A stretch of DNA of 64,000 bases from Bdellovibrionales bacterium (lineage in GTDB: Bacteria; Bdellovibrionota; Bdellovibrionia; Bdellovibrionales; UBA1609): NCBI GenBank assembly GCA_965261545.1, contig CBDHDF010000010.1, positions 768,001 through 832,000 on the forward strand, given 5' to 3'. Shown piece after piece: positions 54,231 through 64,000 of this stretch (positions within the stretch are counted from its first letter, which is position 1; every line of letters starts with the position of its first letter). The position numbers and the translations under genes were made by a program. The notes under the pieces are model-generated. The model was not told where the DNA came from. It worked only from the letters and a program-made list of their open reading frames with translations, and did no database searches.

Positions 54231-56784
54231 CAATGGCATTCGTTTTTGCAGAAGGTTTTTCCACATTTTTCTGACTCCCTCTAACATACTGAGTTAAGGG
54301 GGCTTTTATCTTTTTTCTTTTTCCGAAAAAAAATACTTGAGTCCACCCCATCGTTGTGTCACATTATATTTGAACCATTCCCAAAGGGGAGAGACTCAAA
54401 TGGACCCACGCATAGAGACATTGCCTTCAACAACTTTTTTTGGAAGACGCTTGACGCGCAAGCAAATTGCCGACATTCAAAAGACGGTGGCGCTATTTCC
54501 TTCTTTAAGTCGCCGTGAACTGGGTTATACAGTTTGTGAACATCTTGGTTGGCTAACTCCCAAAGGTGATCATCGCATCCAATCGTGCCTTCGTATGCTT
54601 GAGACGCTAGAGGAACTTGACATTCTATCCCTGCCAGAAAAAGACATGTCAAAGCGGAGTGTCCCCTCCAAAAAAATCACTTGGACACACCGAACAGATG
54701 AAAAGCCTCTCATCAACGATAAACTAGACTCATTGACCCCACTTTCTTTGCAAATCGTAACTGATCAAGAGGCCATTAAGGAATGGAATGAAGTTGTCGA
54801 TCGGCATCATTATCTCAATTACAGACGTCCCTTTGGTCCCCACTTACGCTATTTCATCTTAGATAATTGTGGGCGAAGATTGGGTTGTCTTTTATTTGAA
54901 GCTGGCACATCCACTTTGCCTTGCCGTGATGAATGGATCGGTTGGCAAAATCGAGCTTACAAAAAGCACTTGAATTTAGTGGTGAACAATAGTCGATTTT
55001 TGATCTTTCCCTGGGTAAAGGTTCGCCATCTTGCTTCGATGGCTTTATCTATGGCAACTCGCCAACTTCCCACAGACTGGGAGTTAAAACATGCTTTCAA
55101 ACCTGTACTCATGGAGACTTTTGTCGACCTTACCAAATTTAATGCCACGAGCTATCGTGCTGCCAACTGGCTTTATTTGGGCAAAACAAATGGGAGTCGT
55201 GCCTACAAAAATGTAAAGGGAAAAACTCAAAAAGGTGTTTATGTTCAACCTCTGACAAAGAATTATCAGTCTATCTTATTGAATGGCCCCCAATGCGCTA
55301 TCAAGAAACCCGTCGGGAAACCCACCATCAAGCCACATAAGAACTTGGCTGAGCCTATGCTAGAGGACTCTTTTGTGCATCTTTGGCAAAACATCATCAA
55401 GACAGTGGTTATCATTGCAGATGAGTACGACCGAACCTGGCAAAAGCGTCAACGTGTCTTGAATACATTGTTGATTATACTTTTCATCTTCCGACTTGTT
55501 TTCTCTAAAGGAAAACAAGGTTATGATACAACTTTGATTGAACTTTGGGAGCAGTGTCGCATATTAGACATTGAACTCCCTCAACCTAAACCAGTTCGGG
55601 CATCCACTATGTGTAGTGCACGGGCTAAAGTAGATGAAAATATATTTAAAGTTTTGCATGATGAAATTCTTAAACAAGACGGTATATCCAATTCTAGTAC
55701 CTTATGGAAGGGCCATAAGGTTTTCGCAGTGGATGGATCGAAAATAAATTTACCACGTCAACTCGTAGATAATGGGTATCAGCAACCATGGGAAAAAGCA
55801 TGGTACCCTCAAGGTCTTGTCAGTTGCCTGTACCAACTACAGTCGAAGATTCCTGTGGATTTTGATCTCTTTGCCCATAACAATGAGAGAAAGGCTGCAC
55901 AAACTCATTTCAAAAAATTGTTTGAAAACGATGTTGTGGTTTATGATCGTGGCTATTATTCCTACGAAATGCTTCATGAGCATAAGGTGCGAAGTCTGCA
56001 TGCGGTGTTTAGGATAAGGAGAAATGCCAACACTGTTTTTGATGAATTTATTAATAATGATCAAAAAGACTCAGTGATCCAAGTCATTCCTAGCAAGCAA
56101 ATTCTGAAAGAACTACATAAAAAAAAGCCACAAGACGACTTCAAAGCCTACGCTTTGCGTTTGGTCAAATATAAAATTGGACAAACTACTTTTGTTCTAG
56201 GAACAACCTTAATGGATCAAAAAAAATATTCCATTGATGATCTGGCCAATCTCTATCATGGACGCTGGAGTATAGAGGAACTGTACAAAATATCCAAAGA
56301 ACTGATGACCATTGAAGAGTTTCATTCTCAAAGTGAAAGGGGAGTCAAACAAGAATTGTTTGCACACTTCACACTTATCACTCTGACAAGATTATTTTCC
56401 AACTACACGGAAGACCGTCTTAATACATCTCAATCCCATAGTAAAAAACAAACCATGCAGACAAACTTTAAAAACAATTTACTGACAATTGCAAGAAATA
56501 TTGAAGGTCTTTTTCTTCAACAAAAGGTAGTGCTTAGTAAAACCCTCAATTGCATCATTACAAATATGAAGACCTGCCGACAAAGGCTACGTCCGAATAG
56601 GCATTACGACCGAGTTTCTAGAAAACCCATCGGAGTATGGAGACCCAGTAAAGAGGTTAGGGGGGCTATGGCCAACGGATAATCACATGGATCAAAGAAA
56701 AAAACTTGGGGTTAGCCCACCCCCGAGGAGTTAGAGGTTCAAATCCTTAACCGAATGGGATCTCTCACTAAACGAATGCCATTG
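54231..56784 (+). mobile_element. IS4-family element encoding a DUF4338-transposase fusion
   Basis: IR caatggcattcgttt / aaacgaatgccattg; 10-bp TSD ccccaacccc. Confidence 0.93.
54400..56682 (+). CDS. DUF4338 (DruA-like) domain fused to an IS4 transposase
   Basis: HHYL..LRY..RDEWIGW..NNSRFLIFPWV..HLAS..ETFVD..YRAANW, then AVDGS, YDRGY and YHGRWSIEE. Confidence 0.88.
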   Translation: MDPRIETLPSTTFFGRRLTRKQIADIQKTVALFPSLSRRELGYTVCEHLGWLTPKGDHRIQSCLRMLETLEELDILSLPEKDMSKRSVPSKKITWTHRTDEKPLINDKLDSLTPLSLQIVTDQEAIKEWNEVVDRHHYLNYRRPFGPHLRYFILDNCGRRLGCLLFEAGTSTLPCRDEWIGWQNRAYKKHLNLVVNNSRFLIFPWVKVRHLASMALSMATRQLPTDWELKHAFKPVLMETFVDLTKFNATSYRAANWLYLGKTNGSRAYKNVKGKTQKGVYVQPLTKNYQSILLNGPQCAIKKPVGKPTIKPHKNLAEPMLEDSFVHLWQNIIKTVVIIADEYDRTWQKRQRVLNTLLIILFIFRLVFSKGKQGYDTTLIELWEQCRILDIELPQPKPVRASTMCSARAKVDENIFKVLHDEILKQDGISNSSTLWKGHKVFAVDGSKINLPRQLVDNGYQQPWEKAWYPQGLVSCLYQLQSKIPVDFDLFAHNNERKAAQTHFKKLFENDVVVYDRGYYSYEMLHEHKVRSLHAVFRIRRNANTVFDEFINNDQKDSVIQVIPSKQILKELHKKKPQDDFKAYALRLVKYKIGQTTFVLGTTLMDQKKYSIDDLANLYHGRWSIEELYKISKELMTIEEFHSQSERGVKQELFAHFTLITLTRLFSNYTEDRLNTSQSHSKKQTMQTNFKNNLLTIARNIEGLFLQQKVVLSKTLNCIITNMKTCRQRLRPNRHYDRVSRKPIGVWRPSKEVRGAMANG

Positions 56785-56820
56785 CCCCAACCCCTCTTCT
56801 AGAGGAAAGGAGCAATCACA

Positions 56821-57591
56821 ATGCCAATGTCACCTACAGAAATACAAGAGACTCTCAAAAGCCTTAAGCTTATAGGCATGTTTGAAACATTTGAGGCTCG
56901 AAGTTACCAACACACACAGAACCAACAAAACTTCCAAGAGACCTTCTCATTGCTCTTACAGGATGAAAAGGATTTCAAGAAAAGCAAAAAATGTGAGAGA
57001 CTCCTCAAAGCATCCAAGCTCACGGAAAAGTCCACCCTCACCGGCTTTGATTGGAATTTTAACCCAAAAATACCCAAGCCAATGATCTTGGAATTAATGA
57101 ACTTGAAGTTCATCAAGCAGGGGGAGGGAGCCTTGCTTATTGGCTCCCCTGGAACTGGAAAAAGCCACATTGCAAAAGCTATAGCCACCAAGGTCTGTTC
57201 CATATCAAATTACAAGGTTTTGTATCAGGAAGCTCACAAGCTCTTTGAAAATCTCTTTGAGGCCAGGCAGCTGGGGCGCAGAAAGAGGTTCTACACCCAA
57301 CTCATCCATGTGGACCTGTTGATCATTGATGATCTTTTTCTTAGAAAGCGCATTCCGCCAGAGGCTTGCGATGACTTCCAGGAAATCATTCTGGATCGAT
57401 ACTCAGCGAGAAAAAGCACTCTTATTACCTCCAATCGCATTATTGAGGACTGGGGAAAGTGTTTGGGCGATAATACCGTGGCCTCTGCCATCCTGGATCG
57501 CCTTCTCCACTGCAGCCAACTATTAAAATTTGAGGGAAAAAGCTACCGATTGAAGGAAGCTTCAAACCGACTTGTCAAGATAAAAAATTAA
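56821..57591 (+). CDS. istB: IS21 helper ATPase (element end at about 57677)
   Basis: GSPGTGKS, IIDD and ILDRLLH motifs; aaatggcctggttt repeats at 57625-57662. Confidence 0.92.
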   Translation: MPMSPTEIQETLKSLKLIGMFETFEARSYQHTQNQQNFQETFSLLLQDEKDFKKSKKCERLLKASKLTEKSTLTGFDWNFNPKIPKPMILELMNLKFIKQGEGALLIGSPGTGKSHIAKAIATKVCSISNYKVLYQEAHKLFENLFEARQLGRRKRFYTQLIHVDLLIIDDLFLRKRIPPEACDDFQEIILDRYSARKSTLITSNRIIEDWGKCLGDNTVASAILDRLLHCSQLLKFEGKSYRLKEASNRLVKIKN

Positions 57592-57677
57592 AGGTAGGGT
57601 GAGCCCATCTTGTCAGATCGCCCTAAATGGCCTGGTTTGCCCGCCCACAAATGGCCTGGTTTAACCCGCCCATCGGG

Positions 57678-57816
57678 GCTCACTTCACCTCGACACACCT
57701 TGCTAATCAAAATATCACTCTCAACAACTTAAACTCAGTCAGGATAAAATCATAAAAATTGCTTCGAGGTCAAAGGAACCCATGAAAAGTCCGTCAAAAT
57801 AAAGTATTGGGTCACA
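57678..57816 (+). mobile_element. Second right end of the TG...CA transposon
   Basis: Matches 37353-37491 with one visible difference. Confidence 0.92.
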
Positions 57817-58072
57817 AACGCTATAAGGGAGACCCCCGAAGTGCTAAATACCGATGCCACCAACCAGGGGCAGAGTGATTCGTAGTAGTGATGAAGTTCT
57901 TGTAATGAGAATGGAGCGAAGGGGTCACATGATTTATGGAAGTAGTCAGGCCAACTTGGTTATGCTGAGGAGGAGCCTAATGAAACGGAAAATCATAGGA
58001 GCCGTGTGAGGGGAGACTTTCAAGCACGGTTCTGTGAGGGGCAGTGGGGGAAGTTCCCACTGCCTACTCGAT
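57817..58072 (+). ncRNA. 3' part of the ORF-less group II intron, copy 2
   Basis: Identical by eye to the reverse complement of 40324-40579; followed by the IS256 3' exon (58073-58180). Confidence 0.92.
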
Positions 58073-58417
58073 AGGCAAGGAACTAGCGAAGAACGTCAAG
58101 ACCCAAAAGGATTTATCCGACATAACGGGTCAACTGATGAAGGGTGTTTTAGAGACGGCCCTTAATGCGGAAATGGACGAATACCTCTCTGTAAATGCCC
58201 TTGTTTTAGGGTTGAAGTGTATATAGCATAACCCCATAATGTTCCTTGTTTTTCTCAAAACACATGACTAACCTTGGCGCAGCCAGAACCAAGAGCTAAG
58301 TCTGAAGTCAAGTCTTAACCCCTAAGTCTATCTCTGCTGTAATCCTATCTCATAGCTCTTCAGAGGTCGGGAATTAAATTACGTTCGAATTTTTCAAACA
58401 TAATGACAAGTAAGGAA

Positions 58418-58717
58418 CTATGCAGCCACTTTAGATTTTATGCTATATGACACTCCTAAAACAAGAGCTACTTTGATAAGAAAGTCCATACTTATTTGGC
58501 TAACAACTCCTGATTCCATTCGTGCAATAGCTGGTTGTTGAGTACCAACCTTTTTGGCTAGAGCTGATTGAGATAGTTTTGCTTTAATTCTTCTTGATCT
58601 TAGATTTTCAATAAGACGTAACTTTTCTTTAACCAAAGCAATCTCAAGGCCAGAAAGACCCATATCCTTTGCAAACTCTTCTGTATCTCTATAAATAATA
58701 AGATTGTCTTTTTTCAT
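58418..58717 (-). CDS. Xre/HTH antitoxin (HigA-like)
   Basis: LSQSALAKKVGTQQPAIARMESG. Confidence 0.85.
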   Translation of the reverse strand: MKKDNLIIYRDTEEFAKDMGLSGLEIALVKEKLRLIENLRSRRIKAKLSQSALAKKVGTQQPAIARMESGVVSQISMDFLIKVALVLGVSYSIKSKVAA

Positions 58718-59034
58718 TTTTCAATGCTCCTCATGCGAGATAAAATAAGCTCCTTAGTTTTTTTATTTAACTGTTGATTTTTCTTTTTTAAACTATGCAA
58801 GACATAAATAGCCTCCCTTCGCTTTAATATATAAAAAACTCGATATGTCCCATCAGCATGGGTTAAACGTAGCTCATGTAGTCCTTTTACAATATTTGGC
58901 AATGGCCGAGAAACTGGCATTGAAAGTTTTGCTCCACTAGCCAAACGATCAAAGAGAGCAAAAATATCACTTAATACTTCCTTGGGAGCTTTTTTTAACT
59001 CTTTCCTTACTTGGGCCAGTATCACAACGTCCAT
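58714..59034 (-). CDS. RelE/HigB-family toxin
   Basis: SRPL..GLHELR..YRVFY..IYVLH..KK; toxin-first order, ATGA overlap. Confidence 0.87.
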   Translation of the reverse strand: MDVVILAQVRKELKKAPKEVLSDIFALFDRLASGAKLSMPVSRPLPNIVKGLHELRLTHADGTYRVFYILKRREAIYVLHSLKKKNQQLNKKTKELILSRMRSIEK

Positions 59035-59042
59035 GTTAAATA

Positions 59043-59066
59043 AATATATCAAATTCGTTATATATT
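59043..59066. promoter_or_regulatory. Probable TA operator palindrome
   Basis: aatatat-N10-atatatt just upstream of the toxin ATG. Confidence 0.55.
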
Positions 59067-59089
59067 CAAGTTTTTTCTAAGGAGATTGA

Positions 59090-60180
59090 CAGAAATTCCC
59101 GCCGAGCTTGAAAAAACATTGAAATTCCTCCAAATCTCAGTGTGAGAATTGCACTGCATCGAATAAGGTAAACCTCCCCGTCTTCGCCATTTAGAGGCGA
59201 ATGTCCAGACTTTAGTTTAGGGCAAATACGTTAAACTCTTTGGGGCACTTTGAGAAAAATGGCTGCTCATGATGTGTCGAAAACATCTGAGGCAGCAATA
59301 GGCTTAATCCCATAAGCCATTATGGCGAGGAGTTCCTGCCAATTTTTAAAGTATAGGGTATGGAAATACCCCCTCATATGATCCCATAGATAAGATAGTC
59401 TCCTCTCTTTTTCTACCGCCTTTTGAAACAATTTACAGGCCAAATGTTGAAGTTGGTCCACTAAAAATACCAGCATCATAATCACGGCTAAATTGTTACA
59501 CAAATTTTGCTTGCCGTGGCCAAAATTGTGCTCAAAGTTGTAACCCAAATTCTTTAACGTATTAAATGTTTCATTTTCTATCTTCCAGCGTGCTCTTCCC
59601 CCCCCTCATTATTTGCATTATGTTGTCTTCGTTGATCTCAATGTCAGTCACCCAGCTAAAGTGCTGAACCTTACCGTTTGCTTTCGTTTCTTTGTATTCA
59701 ATAAAATTCACTCGACAATCAGGATTTGAATCATTGAGTGAAACATCATTTATGAATCGAAATTCATGTGTCACTCCATTCTCTACCACGGTGAAGTGAG
59801 AAACTGTTCCTAAGCTATCTGCTCCATTTACAAACTCAAATAAAACTTTGTGGTCCCCCATCTTACAGCCTAAAATATAACTTAATTTTAATTCGTTAAG
59901 AAGAGTGATGTGAGGAGCATTGGAAGCCAATCCATCCTCAATAACAATCACTGGAAGGTGAGGGTGTTCCCTGCGAAAATCTTCAAGGAGTCGTTTGGCT
60001 GCATTACGCTCACAATCATTTTTGCTCGATCCATCTGTGTTTGAAATGGGCTCTGGAGCAATAGGTATAACCTGTTTCTTATCGGGGTGAACAATCACTC
60101 CTGCTAACATTTGATGATAGTAGGTCTTCGTCTCATCACGATGATTCTTTATACAACAATTCTCACAATGAATAGTCGAG
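59090..60180 (-). pseudogene. ISNCY-type DDE transposase, 5' truncated and frameshifted
   Basis: HCENC..YYHQML..KNDCERNAAKR..EDGL..RARWKIENETFNTLKN.GY.FEHNFGHG; extra base in the C8 run 59598-59605. Confidence 0.8.
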
Positions 60181-60234
60181 CGTATTGGGTCATAAGTAAA
60201 CGACACCAAGGAGCGGTTTGTCATTTTGCTCATC

Positions 60235-63200
60235 TTATGCCACCTCCTTGATATTTTCCTGTCGTACTAATTTGAAAAACTCTTTAAGTTTTAGTTCAAG
60301 TCCCCTCTTTAGCTCAAAGGGGTTGAGTTCAGCTTTACGCCTCCTCAGTGCTTCATCCTCCTCATGGTTTAATACCCCACTTTCAATAACTCTCTGATAG
60401 GGAGTCTTAGGGGTGCCATACTTTTTCTTGATTCTGGCTCCCACTCGTACCTTTTCCTGAAGTTTAAATGTGGGGAGAAAGAAGTTCTGGAGGGGACTCC
60501 AGTGGTTTTTATAAATGTCATTCATTAAAGGAACTAGCCTTGGATCTTCAAACCTCTCATAGCCAAACAATTCTCTGACGTGGGTGAAGTTTTTTTGCTC
60601 AATGTAGCAGTTGTCATTCTTTTTGTAGGGGCGAGAACGAGTGAACTTGATGTTAGATAATTGGGTGAATTGAAGGACAGGCTTGTTTAAGAACTCACTT
60701 CCTGAGTCTGAGTTCATGGCCAGTAGTTTAAAAGGTATAGCTTCCTGAAATCCCTAAAAGTTGTAACTAGGTTTAATGTATTGCGTTAACTTTCCTCTCT
60801 TCCTATGGAATTGGCTGCTGTCAACGGTTTGAGAGGTTTAATAGTATTAATATATTTAATATGATTCATAAGAATTTGCTGCGAAAGGTCCTCTTCGTCT
60901 CCATTGGATAGATGAGGCATAGTGGTAGCCACAGCCACCGTCACATTTGAAACAGATAAAAAACATCATTTTGTCTTGGGAAGCCCATCTATTTGGAAGG
61001 CTGAAAAAATATCCTTTTGTTTTTTAGACAGCTCTCCAAGCATCAGATCACCTGTAGCTAATTCATAAAATTTTAATCGGTCCATCATTTTGTAAATTTC
61101 TATTTTAGACATTTTTTTATATAACTTCTTATCTTTCATAACAGTATCAATATGTGAAATTAAAATTAAAGAGAGAAAATTAATAAAGATGCTTCCCCTC
61201 ATATTCATGAGAGAATGAACTCGACTTCTCCTTCCATTAATATCATGCTTGAATGAGAAAAATACTTTCTCAATGATATCTTTGTTTCGATATAAACTCA
61301 ATATATCTGTTTTCTTTAAATCATGACTATTTGTAATTAATATCATAATACCCAGCGTAGAAGATTCTTCATTAATATTTTCTTCATTTAAAGAAATCTT
61401 AAATGGAGTGCAATCAGAGATATTGAGAAACCTTTTTTTATTTCCTAAAGTTTCTTTCATATAGGAACTAGCTTGTTCTTCTGATTTCAAATCTTTCTCA
61501 AGAAAGAGTTTCATAAAATCAAGCAACTCTTTCATTAACACAGATTCCTCATAAACCCTTCTTTCTTTGTCTAAGAAAATATGAGCCGTACAATCAAATC
61601 CTCCGATTTTTATTGATTCTTTGCAATGCGAATAAATTTCCTCATTAAAAGTAAAAGAGCATGATGGAGATTTTATTTTCTCATTTAAAGCCACAGCAAG
61701 CTCTCTTGAGAGTTTTGTTCTAAAACTCATGGGTATCAAATACTTCAATTCCTTACGATGCAGTCCCTTAATATTTTCTACACTAGAAAAACCCTTATCC
61801 ATAACTAAACAATCTAAATCTAATTTATAACTTGTTATGATCTCAATAATATTCGATAAAGTTTTGACATCCGGTATACTTCCAGGATAGATTCTGTACG
61901 CTATAGGCGTATGAGTTTTATTGTCTTCAGATTTCCTACTTATCAGACCTAAGTTTATCTGTTCGAGATTCTCTCCATCTCTGTTGTAACCTTTCTCTAA
62001 AAATTCATTATTCATAGAGTAGGAAGAAAAGGATGTGATGTCAAACATTACCGTACCAGAACCCTTCACTTGACTTATCCATTCGCTAAAGAAAGATTCT
62101 ATCTTTTTTTGATCTCTCCCAAGATCACATAAGAGATTGCTTATTTTTTGTGACGACATAAAATTTTTCTTTGAAACATAAGCTTCTTGACACCACATAT
62201 CGTAAAGATAAAAGGGCTCTCTTTTGATTATTTTAAAAAAAGCTAAATGCAAATAATGTTCGTAATTATCTGGATAAATTTTAGACAATGTTTTTAGAAG
62301 ATTTAGTTGTTCGCATATTTTCTCTAAGAAAAATAAGGCTCCCACATTATAGGAGCCTATGGGAATCTTTTTTCTTTTGGTCTTAATTTGACCTGTAAAC
62401 TCATCCTTTCTTCCAAGGTAGATGCGTTTTTGCCTGGCCTGCTTTTTTTCCTTGTCCCAAAAGCTTTCAACTTTATAGACATAGGTTTTTCCCTTATTTT
62501 TTTGCTCAAAAGTGTATGACATCGTTAATATTGTAACTATGCTTTTGAAGAGATGACAATCTCTTAATCAAAGTGAAGGCCTTCTCAGACAATAATCAGG
62601 ACTTAAGCCCTACACCTAGTTACAACTTTTAGGGATTTCAGGTAGCTTGGTTAATGTTGTTGATTTGCCTTCTCACCTCCATCCCTTTCTTGGTAAACAT
62701 AGCCCGACACTCTGTCCATGTGGTGTTAATGTCGGTCACTGTAAGAGAGCTGATAAAAGGGCCTTGGGCACTCGTTCCACAGTGAGCAACCGTATCTGTT
62801 TGTATATAACCAGGCCTTGTGACCTTGGAGTCCAGTGTATTGATGGGAACCTTATTTTTCATATATTGGGCAGGACAGGTTGTGGACAATCCCTTAGAGA
62901 CCACTGAAGCCAAGCGAATTTCCTTCAGATAACGCTTCAAGGTGCTGGCACTCATTTTTTCTAACTGAAGCTTTAAGTGGGGAGGACACGACTCATAATT
63001 GGGGAGCCAATCCGGTAGAGCGGCTTTTATTCGTACAGCCGAGATTTTTTCCATTTGTTCCCACAAATATTTGATGTGGGGTCGTAACTCCTCTTGAGAA
63101 TAAGCCAGAGGCCTCCCTGACCGCTTGAGTGGCACAGAGCCATTTTGTTGAATCTCGTTTAATCTCCTTATGAGTCGCTTCCTAGAGAGGTTTGTGACCA

Positions 63201-63300
63201 GTTCCGCATGATCTAGCAACTCCCCTTTTTTAGCCTTAGAACTTTGTTGATATAAGCCTGAAATTGCAGTTAAGTAAGCATTAACAGCCGACTCCCTCAC
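60235..63300 (-). pseudogene. rve-type (ISNCY/IS481-like) transposase split by IS1634
   Basis: PGYIQTDTVAHCG joins in frame to SDSGSEF..FTRSRPYKKNDNCYIEQKN. Confidence 0.85.
60744..62642 (-). mobile_element. IS1634-family element, complete (transposase 60966-62522)
   Basis: Perfect 29-bp IR cctgaaatccctaaaagttgtaactaggt; 6-bp TSD tagctt. Confidence 0.95.
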
Positions 63301-63423
63301 TGAAGACCCCCTCGTTGATTGTTTGTTTCCAAAGATCAATCTTACTGAGAGGATCAACAGAGGGGTAGCTCGGCTGATCTGTTTTAGAAGGCGTAACAAC
63401 CGGTGTCTTATTGAGTGAGGGAG

Positions 63424-64000
63424 CAATGCCGTTTCCTTAAGAAAAATCTCTTGAAATCATTAGATAAATCGACAAGAATAAGACTTGTTTTATTTTACAC
63501 CCAACCCTCAACCAAGGAGTAAGTCACATGCAATCCAATATTGATCTCGAAAGCCCCCAAATGACGAGTTCGCGTCACAGATGACCATTTTATTCTACCA
63601 AAACTTGATTCTTCCTTCAAGCCAGAGCACCTTGTCGATCCAGAAAAACAAAAAAGGAATCGAAAATTTAATCCTCAAATTTTCTTTTTTACCATTATCT
63701 ATCTTATTTCCGGAACAAATTACGAAGGCTACCAAATCGCTCTTAAGACGGTATGGACTCATTTTGGTGACCTGCTTCTCATGCCAGTCAAAAGCAGTCT
63801 CAGCAAGATACGTCAAAGTATTTCTTACCTATTTTTCAAAGATATCTTTGAATCTCTGATTACAGACTACGAACCATTGAGAAAAACGTTTCATGGTTTT
63901 TATATCTATGCCATAGATGGCGACCAATTAGCACTTCCTCGCTCTAAAGATCTTTTAAAGGAGGGTTATTGTGGGTACCCTTGCCCAAATGAGATGGAAA
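63424..64000 (+). mobile_element. IS4-A copy running off the window
   Basis: Left IR and a matching 5' sequence. Confidence 0.93.

Noticed and set aside
58181..58417. Possible IS end after the IS256 stub
   Set aside because: No partner IR, TSD or ORF found in the window.
59598..59605. Homopolymer frameshifts as programmed phase variation
   Set aside because: They occur only in genes that are already truncated; decay or sequencing error is simpler.

Overview
Three zones. (1) 1-8005: two tandem genes for large modular surface proteins (Ig-like + PKD-like + DUF285/BspA-type 25-aa repeats); the first begins before the window. (2) 12794-21459: an intact housekeeping block (hemN, hemE, lgt, lspA, HU, cupin, BFD-like 2Fe-2S protein, nrnA, secreted HExxH protein). 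It looks Bdellovibrionota-like to me (inference) and is followed by a GC-richer, broken 5-oxoprolinase gene. (3) 8028-12769 and 25054-64000: almost pure, deeply nested mobile DNA. It holds six copies of one IS4 element (called IS4-A here), IS256, four IS21-type elements or remnants, several IS1634, ISL3, IS5 and ISNCY pieces, an IS4 carrying a SEC-C passenger gene, a DUF4338-IS4 fusion, an IR-bounded large serine recombinase element, a three-gene TG...CA transposon, group II intron pieces and a higBA-type TA pair. Most boundaries were fixed from terminal inverted repeats and target-site duplications (TSDs) read by eye. Best leads: (a) a ~95-nt covarying hairpin with DnaA-box ends shared by two different IS21s and an ISL3; (b) a complete ORF-less 626-nt group II intron in codon 6 of the IS256 transposase; (c) an IS256 3' tail with tandem sRNA-like units facing a 50-aa membrane peptide; (d) a Mu/Tn7-like mini-transposon whose two visible insertions both hit group II introns. 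Family names come from motif recognition only; no database searches were run.
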